64,000 nucleotides of DNA from an uncultured delta proteobacterium (GCA_963745835.1 CAVUZH010000016.1:256001-320000), one strand, 5' to 3'; shown: positions 10,427 to 18,992, counted from the first letter of the stretch. The notes: generated by a model not told the origin, from the letters alone. Program-made: numbers and translations.

Positions 10427-11956
10427 ATGGCTACTGAGAAGCTGGCGGATATCGGCCTGATCGGCTTGGCAGTTATGGGCGAAAACCTGGCCCTAAACAT
10501 TGCGGATCACGGCTTTAGAGTCGCTGTCTACAATCGCACGATCCAGGTGATGAAAGGCTTCATTGCTGCCAACCCTGACACTCCGGGCGGCCTGATTGGA
10601 TGCGCGACGTTGCCTGAGCTGCTGGCGGCGATCAAGAAGCCGCGCAAGATCATCATTCTCGTTAAAGCGGGCCCAGCCGTCGATGCCGTGACGCGACAGC
10701 TCATGGATGACGGGCTGGAAAAGGACGACCTCGTAATCGATTGCGGCAACAGCCTCTGGACCGACACCATCCGGCGCGAGAAAGACTATGCCGGTCATTG
10801 TCGCTTCTTCGGCTCCGGAGTTTCCGGCGGGGAAATCGGCGCGCGCTTCGGCCCATCCTTGATGCCCGGCGGCGATGCGCAAGCATGGCAGCATCTCGAG
10901 CCGATCTGGAAAGCCATCGCCGCCAAAGTCGATCCCGAAACCGGCAAAGCGATTGAAACCGCCAGACCAGGCCAACCCGTAGTAGGTGGAATCCCTTGCA
11001 CCGCGTACATCGGCGAGAACGGCGCCGGCCATTATGTCAAAATGATCCACAACGGCATCGAGTACATCGACATGCAGTTGATCTCCGAGGCTTACTTTCT
11101 GATGCGCAATCTGCTTGACGCCGCGCCCGATCAGCTCGCGCAAACTTTCGCGCGTTGGAACGAAGGGGATCTCGATTCTTATCTTATCGAAATCACCGCA
11201 GACATTCTAAAGCAGCGCGATCCGCAGAAGCCGGATTCATTTCTCGTCGACCATATTCTCGATACCGCCCAGCAGAAAGGAACCGGTAAATGGACCAGCG
11301 TCAACGCCCTCGACATGGGAATTCCGGCCAATGCGATCGCCGAGGCGGTCTTCGCGCGCAATCTGAGCGCGCTTAAAGATGAGCGAGTGGAAGCATCCAA
11401 ACAATTAGTGGGCCCGGAATACAGCTATAGCGGCAACCGTGAGGAACTGATCGATTCGGTTCGCGATGCGCTCTACTGTTCGAAAATCTGCGCTTATGCG
11501 CAAGGCTTTCAGCTCATGCGCGCGGCCGAGAGCGAATACAAGTGGAAGTTCGATTTCGCCTCCATCGCCGCTATCTGGCGTGGCGGCTGCATCATTCGCG
11601 CGCGTTTCCTGCAAAAGATCACCGATGCGTATAAGCGCGAGCCGCGCCTGGTGAATTTGCTGCTCGACCCGTACTTCAAGGAGCAGATTCAGAAGACTCA
11701 GTCGCGCTGGCGTTCCGTGGTGGCCATAGCCGCGCAAGCGGGCATTGCCGTTCCCGCGTTCATGTCGGCGCTGGCGTATTACGATGGCTACCGATCGGCA
11801 CAGCTGCCGGCCAATTTACTCCAGGCGCAGCGAGATTATTTCGGCGCGCACACCTACGAACGCACCGATCAGCCGCGCGGCAGATTATTCCATTTGGACT
11901 GGCCGGCACCGGATCGGCCGGAACTTCCAATCGCGAATTCCGGCAAATCCGACTGA
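10427..11956 (+). CDS. gnd: 6-phosphogluconate dehydrogenase, decarboxylating
   Basis: [78 protein letters not shown]. Confidence 0.97.
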   Translation: MATEKLADIGLIGLAVMGENLALNIADHGFRVAVYNRTIQVMKGFIAANPDTPGGLIGCATLPELLAAIKKPRKIIILVKAGPAVDAVTRQLMDDGLEKDDLVIDCGNSLWTDTIRREKDYAGHCRFFGSGVSGGEIGARFGPSLMPGGDAQAWQHLEPIWKAIAAKVDPETGKAIETARPGQPVVGGIPCTAYIGENGAGHYVKMIHNGIEYIDMQLISEAYFLMRNLLDAAPDQLAQTFARWNEGDLDSYLIEITADILKQRDPQKPDSFLVDHILDTAQQKGTGKWTSVNALDMGIPANAIAEAVFARNLSALKDERVEASKQLVGPEYSYSGNREELIDSVRDALYCSKICAYAQGFQLMRAAESEYKWKFDFASIAAIWRGGCIIRARFLQKITDAYKREPRLVNLLLDPYFKEQIQKTQSRWRSVVAIAAQAGIAVPAFMSALAYYDGYRSAQLPANLLQAQRDYFGAHTYERTDQPRGRLFHLDWPAPDRPELPIANSGKSD

Positions 11957-12188
11957 AGCATCAGTTACGAGATTCCTCGAAGCGATTGCGGTCTTAGGCG
12001 AACACGCCCCGAGTAGCTTTTTCTCAGCAGATTTGACAGAACTTGACTGTTACATACCTGTTGCTGTTACATTAGGAGGCATTTTGGCACCCCCAGGAGG
12101 TTAATGTACGGTAATCGCCATGCTTATTACCTGGATTTCAGTTACATTAAGAACGGCAGTTTGACAGCCAGGAGGTTCACGAACGACG

Positions 12189-12587
12189 ATGGCCATCCCC
12201 GGAGAAAAAGCAATTCAAATGGTGCGCAACGCGCATACGCAGGCAACGCAGTTGGACATCGCGGTTACGGCGGTAGTTGTTGATCAGAGTGGCCGAATGA
12301 TCGCGCTGGGCAGAATGGACCGGGCTCGTCCGATTACCGTAGAAATCGCCCTGAACAAGGCCTACACCGCCGCCAGTTTTCAGCAACCCACCAAGGAGCT
12401 CGCCGGAGTCGCCGGCCAAACATGGTTTCAGAGCCTGGTCGTGTCAAGCAACGGACGCATCATGCCGGGGGCGGGCGCGCTGCCAATTGTTGAAGGCGGC
12501 GCGGTTGTCGGCGCGGTGGCGGTGGCCGGCGGCACCGAAGATCAGGACCAACGCTGCGCTGAAGTGGCGTTGGCGTCGTATGCTTAA
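12189..12587 (+). CDS. GlcG/HbpS (haem-degrading/PduO C-terminal-like) family protein
   Basis: AVVVDQSG..RMD, IALNKAYTAA, GALPI...VGAVAVAGG...QDQRCA. GGAGG at 12171-12175. Confidence 0.88.
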   Translation: MAIPGEKAIQMVRNAHTQATQLDIAVTAVVVDQSGRMIALGRMDRARPITVEIALNKAYTAASFQQPTKELAGVAGQTWFQSLVVSSNGRIMPGAGALPIVEGGAVVGAVAVAGGTEDQDQRCAEVALASYA

Positions 12588-12607
12588 TCAAGGATGAGTT
12601 ATGAGAG

Positions 12608-12653
12608 CTGAAACCTGAAAAGGATTACTCCCGCTTTCCGTTTTCCGCTTTCC
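12608..12653. repeat. 7-bp tandem units in roughly inverted arrangement (CTGAAAN x2; CCGYTTT x3)
   Basis: ctgaaac ctgaaaa ... ccgcttt ccgtttt ccgcttt in the intergenic gap. Confidence 0.45.
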
Positions 12654-12672
12654 TAATTAAGGAGAAACTCGC

Positions 12673-13995
12673 ATGGCAGTGACTTTAGGGAAAACAACCG
12701 AATCAAACCAAAGCGCACACACTAAAGCAGACACCCCCCCGCCACCCTACCTCGGCCGCTCGGTCCGCATCGTTGGACCGGTGGTAAATGTCGACATGAA
12801 TCAGTCGCCGCATCCGAAAAATCAGCGCGGAGAATTGGGCAAGCCTCTTTTCAACTGGTATCACAACACCGTCTCCAAGGATCCTCTGACCCGGGTTTCG
12901 GCGCCAAACCATTTTGCCGACCGTCGCCATTTTCTCAGCACCATCATCAATCAGGCCACCAAGGGCAAGGTCAATCCGAGAAAAATAGAGGTGCCGGATG
13001 CGGCGGCGATGTCGCGCCACATCAAAGCGGTCGCGCATTACATGGGCGCCGACGTTGTCGCAGTTGCCCAAGCGCATCCATCCTTCCTGTACGCCGGCAG
13101 CCGCTATGTTCAAGACGGCACCGCAGAGGACGCCTATCAGGAAACATCGCCGACGGACCTTGTGAAGAAATTCCCCTACATCATCGTCGCCACCACTGCC
13201 TGGGATTACAACAAGCTTCAGGCGCATCGTCACCTGATCGGCGATGCCGCGTATCACGTCTCGCAAATCAAAGGCAACATGATTCTGAAGGCCCTGGAGG
13301 GCTACATCAAAGAACTGGGCTATACGGCGTTGCGCGGCGTCTGTACGCCGCAGGCCGCCGGCGTCGCTTCGGGAGTCGGCGAACTCGGGAGAAACGGGCT
13401 GGTCATCAACAAGACTTACGGGGCGCGCATCCACATGCCCGATCCGATCATGACCGACCTTCCTCTGGTGGCGGATCAGCCGGTCGATAATGCCGTCGAA
13501 GATTTTTGCAAGATTTGCCGGAAATGCGCTAACACTTGTCCCACCAACAGCATTCCGTTCGGCGATAAGGTCGTTCATAACGGTATCGAGAAATACAAGA
13601 TTAACTGGCTCACCTGCTACAAGTTGCGGCCGTATGTGCACGATTACTGGGGCAGCTGTCTGACCTGCGCCACGGTCTGCCCGTTTACCAAACCCAATGT
13701 CTGGTGGCACAGCCTCGCTACATGGTCTTTGCGCACCTGCCCGATCCCGGCGCGGCCCGCGCTAGTCCACGCGTTGAAATGGATCGATGACCGCTTCTGG
13801 GGAGTTGCGCGTAATAATCGCGTGCGCTGGCTCGGCTACGATTCCGGGATCAAGCCGGGAGATCAGGCGTGCACCGTCGCCGGCTGCAATGCATCGCATG
13901 AGGGAAAGGGGCCGGCCAAAGAAGTGGCCGGCAACGTCGGTTACTACGCGCCACTAAAAGAGAACACGAACCGGTTCGTCAAGCGGGATGCCTAG
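12673..13995 (+). CDS. Reductive dehalogenase (RdhA)-like cobalamin / 2x[4Fe-4S] protein, cytoplasmic type
   Basis: HIKAVAHYMGADVV, YIKELGY, GVGELGRNGLVI, TDLPLVADQPVD, FCKICRKCANTCP and C-x13-CLTCATVCPFTK. No twin-arginine signal. AAGGAG RBS. Confidence 0.85.
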   Translation: MAVTLGKTTESNQSAHTKADTPPPPYLGRSVRIVGPVVNVDMNQSPHPKNQRGELGKPLFNWYHNTVSKDPLTRVSAPNHFADRRHFLSTIINQATKGKVNPRKIEVPDAAAMSRHIKAVAHYMGADVVAVAQAHPSFLYAGSRYVQDGTAEDAYQETSPTDLVKKFPYIIVATTAWDYNKLQAHRHLIGDAAYHVSQIKGNMILKALEGYIKELGYTALRGVCTPQAAGVASGVGELGRNGLVINKTYGARIHMPDPIMTDLPLVADQPVDNAVEDFCKICRKCANTCPTNSIPFGDKVVHNGIEKYKINWLTCYKLRPYVHDYWGSCLTCATVCPFTKPNVWWHSLATWSLRTCPIPARPALVHALKWIDDRFWGVARNNRVRWLGYDSGIKPGDQACTVAGCNASHEGKGPAKEVAGNVGYYAPLKENTNRFVKRDA

Positions 13996-14621
13996 TGACC
14001 TTGCGATTGGGTCCGTTTAAACTGCCCGGGCTGAGACGAGATCCTCATAAGAACGATCCGTACTGGGATTTCTTTCTAAACACGCCGCCGGCGGATCTCG
14101 ACAACACAGTGACCGAGCTGATCCGCAATGCTCCGCCCGGCAATGTTTTTCCGACCAAGGCTGATATCCACACACCGGAGATTACCTCGAGCCATGTCAA
14201 AGGAATGGCTCACTACTTCGGCGCGGATCTGGTGGGTATCGTAAAATTACCGGCGCACAACCCATCGCCCTCGCCTCTCCCGCCAGCCGCGGATGGTAAG
14301 ATCGAAGAAGAATATCCCTTCGGAGTCATCTGCGTGGTTCGCGCTGAGTACGATCCACGCACCGCACCGGGCATTGGCGGGCAAGTGCCCGTGCAGAACG
14401 GGCTGTTCATTACCTTCGTACTGAGCGCGTGGATCAGGGAGCTCGGCTTTCGCGCCAAGGTCGCGCCCGAAACTAATGGCGAGAAGCTTGCTGCCGTGGC
14501 CGGTTTGGGCGAGATCAACGGGGACGGCCGATTAGTGACTCCTCAGTACGGCGCCGATGTTCATGTGATAAATATCATTCTGACAGATCTGCCACTCGCC
14601 GCAGACGGCACACAAATATGA
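13995..14621 (+). CDS. RdhA-like cobalamin-binding-fold protein lacking the Fe-S domain
   Basis: HVKGMAHYFGADLVGI, WIRELGF, AGLGEINGDGRLVTPQYG, ILTDLPLAADG, then stop. The GTG start overlaps the upstream TAG (TAGTG). Confidence 0.75.
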   Translation: MTLRLGPFKLPGLRRDPHKNDPYWDFFLNTPPADLDNTVTELIRNAPPGNVFPTKADIHTPEITSSHVKGMAHYFGADLVGIVKLPAHNPSPSPLPPAADGKIEEEYPFGVICVVRAEYDPRTAPGIGGQVPVQNGLFITFVLSAWIRELGFRAKVAPETNGEKLAAVAGLGEINGDGRLVTPQYGADVHVINIILTDLPLAADGTQI

Positions 14622-14626
14622 AAGCT

Positions 14627-14705
14627 GTTCCAGTCGTTCCAATAGTTCCACTCGTTTATGGGTTAGACAACCTGGAACAGTTGGAACGGTTGGAACAATT
14701 GGAAC
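14627..14705. repeat. Inverted array of 9-bp tandem units
   Basis: GTTCCA at 14627/14636/14645 and its complement TGGAAC at 14673/14682/14691/14700. Confidence 0.85.
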
Positions 14706-14730
14706 GTATCTTCATGCGCAGCGAGAACTC

Positions 14731-15393
14731 ATGCCCTACGTGATCACCAGCCTGTGCACCAATGACGGAGCGTGCGTTGACGTCTGTCCGGTCGCCTGCA
14801 TTCATACGACACCGGGAGCGCCGCAATTCTACATCGACCCTGAAGTATGTATCGATTGCGAGCAGTGCGAAATCGTCTGCCCCGTGGACGCAATCTTCAA
14901 AGACATCGATATTCCGGCCGAACATCAAACTGCCATTGAGGTCAACGCCGCCTTCTTTCGCAAAAACAAGGCAGCCGCCGGCCCGGTTTCCTTCGAGACC
15001 GCTTGGCAGATGATCCGCGCCGCGCATGATTACGCGCAGATTATGGGAATGGCGGTGACAGCCACCGTGGTCGATGAGGCGGGCGGGCCGATTGCCGTGG
15101 GGCGAATGGATAGTGCCGAACCGATGACGGCAGAGCTGGCGTTTAATAAGGCTTATACCGCTGCCGCCTTTCACGTCGCCACCGCCGAACTGGCGCCACA
15201 AGCGCGGCAACCGCGATTTCACAGCCTGACGATGTCCCATCGCGGTCGCATCATGCCGGTGGGCGGAGCTATTCCGATCATTAACGGCGTGACCATCGTT
15301 GGCGCCGTCGGTGTGGCGGGTGGGAGCCGCCCGGAACAAGATATTCTCTGTTGCCGCGCCGCGCTCGCGGTCATCGAAGGCCACGGTCACTAA
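14731..15393 (+). CDS. Dicluster ferredoxin fused to a GlcG/HbpS domain
   Basis: N-terminal MPYVITSLCTNDGACVDVCP...YIDPEVCIDCEQCEIVCPVDAIF (FdxA-like). C-terminal VVDEAGG..RMD, NKAYTAA, VGAVGVAGG. Confidence 0.88.
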   Translation: MPYVITSLCTNDGACVDVCPVACIHTTPGAPQFYIDPEVCIDCEQCEIVCPVDAIFKDIDIPAEHQTAIEVNAAFFRKNKAAAGPVSFETAWQMIRAAHDYAQIMGMAVTATVVDEAGGPIAVGRMDSAEPMTAELAFNKAYTAAAFHVATAELAPQARQPRFHSLTMSHRGRIMPVGGAIPIINGVTIVGAVGVAGGSRPEQDILCCRAALAVIEGHGH

Positions 15394-15411
15394 ACACTAA
15401 CGAGCATCGCC

Positions 15412-15720
15412 ATGTACCTCGTTCAACTACTCTTACCGCTGTACGATAATTTGAACGCCCGATTTCCGCCTGAGGCCTTCGATTGTGTGCGGCAAGAGCT
15501 AACCGAGCATTTCGGTGGGGTCACGGCTTTTCTGCGTTCACCAGCTCAAGGGTTCTGGCGGATAGCCGAGAACGCCATCAATCGCGATGAGGTGGTTATC
15601 TTTGAAGTGATGACCGATGAACTAAACCGGCGGTGGTGGGATGGATACCGAGCAGATCTGGAACAGCGCTTCAGGCAAATCGAACTGGTGATCCGGGCAA
15701 GCTCGATCGAGAGGCTCTAA
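15412..15720 (+). CDS. Conserved-looking hypothetical protein, 102 aa
   Basis: LLLPLYDN, FGGVTAF.RSPAQGFW, LEQRFRQ pattern, recalled from a widespread uncharacterised small family. Starts 18 nt after the previous gene. Confidence 0.7.
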   Translation: MYLVQLLLPLYDNLNARFPPEAFDCVRQELTEHFGGVTAFLRSPAQGFWRIAENAINRDEVVIFEVMTDELNRRWWDGYRADLEQRFRQIELVIRASSIERL

Positions 15721-15863
15721 CGACAATAGTGAGCTGGTACATCGTACTCGAATCTCAGAAACGCTTTTCGCCTCTTTGTCGCTTTCTTGTCGGCCTCTTC
15801 TCCATCAAGGTTCGGGCCGGTTCTTTTTCTCTTCTTTCCTCGCGTGTCTCTGCCCCTTGCCAT
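15717..15863 (-). CDS. Putative small Lys/Arg-rich protein, 48 aa (below the ORF track cut-off)
   Basis: GGAG 6 nt before ATG 15863; reads MARGRDTRGKKRKRTGPNLDGEEADKKATKRRKAF... Confidence 0.35.
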   Translation of the reverse strand: MARGRDTRGKKRKRTGPNLDGEEADKKATKRRKAFLRFEYDVPAHYCR

Positions 15864-16058
15864 CATGATCTCCGTCACGCTGCCGAACTGTCACCGCAAC
15901 CCACCTCGAACTCGGGTAAGTTAGACTCCAGCTGCAACGTACCGTGCCGCTATCCGCTTGATTTAAATCGATAGCAGCCGATCAAAAAACGACCGGTAGC
16001 GCCGCAACGCCCAGACAACCTCTTGGTTCGGCATCGAAGACCGTTTAGTATCGTCTGC

Positions 16059-17522
16059 ATGAAAGAAATTCGTTTTGTCGATACGACACTGCGCGACGGC
16101 CAGCAAAGCCTTTGGGCATATGGCATGCGCACAGGAATGATTGTTCCGATCGCCGAGCAGATCGATAATGCCGGCTTCGAGGCGATCGAGCTCGGCGGTC
16201 CCGTGGAGCTGCCGAAGTGCGTCCGGGAGCTGCGCGAAGATCCCTGGGAGCGTTACCGGCTGGTTTTAGCTCGCATCAAGAAAACCCCGCTTCGAGTCAT
16301 TCACGGCACTCGCAGCGGCTTCGCCATTTACCCGCATGCCATTCATCAACTCTACGACCGCTGCATGGCGGATATCGGGATTAAGCAGGTGCGCATCTCC
16401 GATTCATGGAATGACCCGGCCGATTGGCAGTGGCGGGTGAAACAAGCGCGGGCCGCGGGGCTCGAACCGATCATCAATTTGATCTATACGATTTCGCCGC
16501 GGCACACGGATGAATACTATGCGCAAAAAACCCGCGAAGCGCTGAAACTGAACGTGTTCAGGGTGTGTTTGAAAGATCCCGGCGGAATCCTTACACCGGA
16601 GCGCACTCGCACTCTGGCGCGGGCGGTTCTCCAAAGCGCGAACGGCACCATCGCGGAGTTACACACGCACTGTACCACGGGACTGGGCTCTCTCTGTTGT
16701 CTGGAAGCGATCCAGGCGGGTATGACATCGATTAACACCGCAATCCCTCCGCTGGCCGACGGTTCTTCGAACCCGTCAATTTTCAACGTTGCCAAAAACG
16801 CTAAGGCGATGGGCTTTGCGCCGGTGATCGACGAAGACCCTATTCGCCCAGTGGCGGCTCATTTCACGGCAATCGCCAAACGAGAGAAATTGACTATCGG
16901 TAAGCCGCCGGAATATGACTACGCTCAATACATCCACCAAATTCCCGGCGGCATGATTTCAAATCTGCGTCACCAGCTAGGTCGCGTCGGGATGGAAGAC
17001 AAACTCGAGCGAACCCTCGATGAAGCGGCTCAGGTGCGGGCAGAATTTGGCTATCCGATCATGGTCACGCCCTTGTCCCAGTTCGTCGGCAGCCAAGCCG
17101 CCATCAATGTAATCGTTGGCGAGCGTTACAAGGAAGTGACGGATCAGACCATCGAGTACGCCTTGGGAGTCTGGGGAAAAGAAGGCGGCGCAATGATGGA
17201 CCCCGCCGTAAAGGACAAAATTCTCAGCCGCCGACGCGCCATGGAAATCGCCAGACGTGAACCGCCGCAGATGCCGCTACAAGAGTTGCGGCGAAAATTC
17301 GGCGGATCAAGCGTATCCGATGAGGAAATTTTGTTGCGCTTTTTCACCAGCAAGGAAGATGTCGATTCTATGCGCGCGGCCGGGCCTGCCCGGCTTTACG
17401 CCAATGGGGGAAATCCGCTATTGCACCTGCTCGAAGAGCTTACGAGAACAACCAATCGCTCCAGCATATCGGTTCAACGCGGCGACTTGTCGGTGCGTTT
17501 ACATAGGAACTCGGCATTATAG
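16059..17522 (+). CDS. Pyruvate/oxaloacetate carboxyltransferase subunit (HMGL-like + OadA/PycB domain), no biotinyl domain
   Basis: VDTTLRDGQQSLW, CLKDPGG, LHTHCTTG, HQIPGGMISNL, GYPIMVTPLSQFVG. Confidence 0.88.
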   Translation: MKEIRFVDTTLRDGQQSLWAYGMRTGMIVPIAEQIDNAGFEAIELGGPVELPKCVRELREDPWERYRLVLARIKKTPLRVIHGTRSGFAIYPHAIHQLYDRCMADIGIKQVRISDSWNDPADWQWRVKQARAAGLEPIINLIYTISPRHTDEYYAQKTREALKLNVFRVCLKDPGGILTPERTRTLARAVLQSANGTIAELHTHCTTGLGSLCCLEAIQAGMTSINTAIPPLADGSSNPSIFNVAKNAKAMGFAPVIDEDPIRPVAAHFTAIAKREKLTIGKPPEYDYAQYIHQIPGGMISNLRHQLGRVGMEDKLERTLDEAAQVRAEFGYPIMVTPLSQFVGSQAAINVIVGERYKEVTDQTIEYALGVWGKEGGAMMDPAVKDKILSRRRAMEIARREPPQMPLQELRRKFGGSSVSDEEILLRFFTSKEDVDSMRAAGPARLYANGGNPLLHLLEELTRTTNRSSISVQRGDLSVRLHRNSAL

Positions 17523-17719
17523 GACTCGTATCACGCACCGGAGACTAAATCTGTAGTGCTATCTTCAGTGTCGCTTGCTTCCCGCTATTGACCTCGTCTG
17601 AATCTTTACAGTCCGAGCTGGGACAGGCTCCCAAGCTAATGTGTCGCCAGCGGCACACCCTTTTCTCTCGATCATCTGTTTAACAAACTCCTAAGTAGTT
17701 CATCGCGGACTTTACTCCT

Positions 17720-17734
17720 TGGCACAGACTTTGT
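17720..17734 (+). promoter_or_regulatory. Possible sigma-54 promoter (imperfect -12)
   Basis: TGGCAC-AGACT-TTGT, 40 nt upstream of ATG 17775. Confidence 0.4.
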
Positions 17735-17774
17735 TTTCAATCCAAGGCAGGAGCTACTGCTAAGGAGGTACGCC

Positions 17775-18422
17775 ATGACCAGGTTCAAACGTTTTTGCTC
17801 GCTCAAGCTAGGATTAGCATTGGGATTGACCCTGCTGCTTGTTGGATGTGTGGCCGGACCGACATTGCACGAAACGCGGCGCGGCGAGAGTGTGCCCGGG
17901 CCAGACACGACTCTACAGGCTGGTGAAATGAGAGCCGAAGTGGTCCAGGTTACCCCGAACCGAAACGAGATCCAGGTTCGAGCCGATGATAATCGCACCC
18001 GAGTACTGAGATATGATCCCTCTAGAACAAAAGTCACCTATCAGGGCCGGGACTATTCTGTCGAAAACCTTGAGGCCGGCGATATCATCGCCTTCCAGAC
18101 TTTCGGTCGCGACAGCACTATCGACACGATTCGCGTCCAGCAGCCAGTCCAAGCGCGGGCGACGTCAACTCCCGCCCGGCCCGGATCCGGTCTCACCAGG
18201 GGCGAAGTGCTCGAAGGCACAGTCGATAGAATCGACTACAATCGCGGCATCTTCGATGTAAGAACCCGGGACCGCGGCGTCATTACCGTCGCTTTGCCTT
18301 TCAATGCGAGGACATCCGACGTCGATGCATTTCGCCGTCTACGCAATGGCGACAGCGTAAGATTGGAGGGAGAGTTCGTTAATCGCGATAATTTCCAAGT
18401 CTCGTCGATAAGCAATCGCTAG
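17775..18422 (+). CDS. Putative lipoprotein with two repeated beta-rich (OB-like) domains
   Basis: Lipobox LVGC, AAGGAGG RBS, and two similar units ending LEAGDII / LRNGDSV. Confidence 0.7.
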   Translation: MTRFKRFCSLKLGLALGLTLLLVGCVAGPTLHETRRGESVPGPDTTLQAGEMRAEVVQVTPNRNEIQVRADDNRTRVLRYDPSRTKVTYQGRDYSVENLEAGDIIAFQTFGRDSTIDTIRVQQPVQARATSTPARPGSGLTRGEVLEGTVDRIDYNRGIFDVRTRDRGVITVALPFNARTSDVDAFRRLRNGDSVRLEGEFVNRDNFQVSSISNR

Positions 18423-18451
18423 CTCCTAGGCTGGCGATTCCTGCGCTGAGA

Positions 18452-18886
18452 TCATTTCAGCGCCTTCTTTAAGGCGCGCATCGCGTTATCCGCGTCGGTC
18501 GCGTTATCGAACGCAAGGTAAGTCACCATGCGCCGTCCCAGCGCCGCAGCCGAGACGCCGCGCAGGTTTATACCTGCATCGCTCAGCGCCCGAGTCAACT
18601 TCGTTCCCAGACCGGGCTTGTCCGGACCTTCAACCCGAACTGAATGCAGGCTGTCGGTAGTGCTCAATCCCGCGCTCTGAGCCGCATTCTTCTGCTTTGT
18701 TCCTTTCACCGGAGTTAGAAAAACCACCCCGGTTCCTGGCCGATCGGGAGCGCGGCGCGAAACAAGGAATTCCAAGTTGGCGCCCGCGTTGCTCAACGCC
18801 TCCACCGTCGCGCCTAGCCCACCCGGACGATCGGCGATCTCCCCGGCCCATACATCTACCTTCTTTATCGTGTATGCCATACTCAT
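18452..18886 (-). CDS. Tandem ACT-domain protein
   Basis: DRPGGLG..LSNAGANL and DKPGLG..LSDAGINL. Confidence 0.85.
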   Translation of the reverse strand: MSMAYTIKKVDVWAGEIADRPGGLGATVEALSNAGANLEFLVSRRAPDRPGTGVVFLTPVKGTKQKNAAQSAGLSTTDSLHSVRVEGPDKPGLGTKLTRALSDAGINLRGVSAAALGRRMVTYLAFDNATDADNAMRALKKALK

Positions 18887-18992
18887 TCTCCCTTTTTTGT
18901 TGGTGCGCCAAATCTAGCCGCTCATACCATCTGGCAAAAGAGTCTGTCAAATCGGCAACCGGGTTAGCGCTGCACTTCCACAACCGTCGAGC

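Noticed and set aside
12085-12100. Sigma-54 promoter upstream of the RdhA-like operon
   Set aside because: TGGCAC is present, but there is no TTGC at the required spacing.
12104-12283. Leader peptide ORF starting at ATG 12104
   Set aside because: GGAGG is only 3 nt from the ATG, and the ORF runs out of frame far into the GlcG gene.
12673-13995. Epoxyqueuosine reductase QueG, or a respiratory RdhA
   Set aside because: It lacks the QueG-type GRDYH and GWIGKN motifs and has RdhA-type GELGRNG/TDLPL/FCxxCxxC. There is no TAT signal or RdhB for respiration. Phylogeny is still needed.
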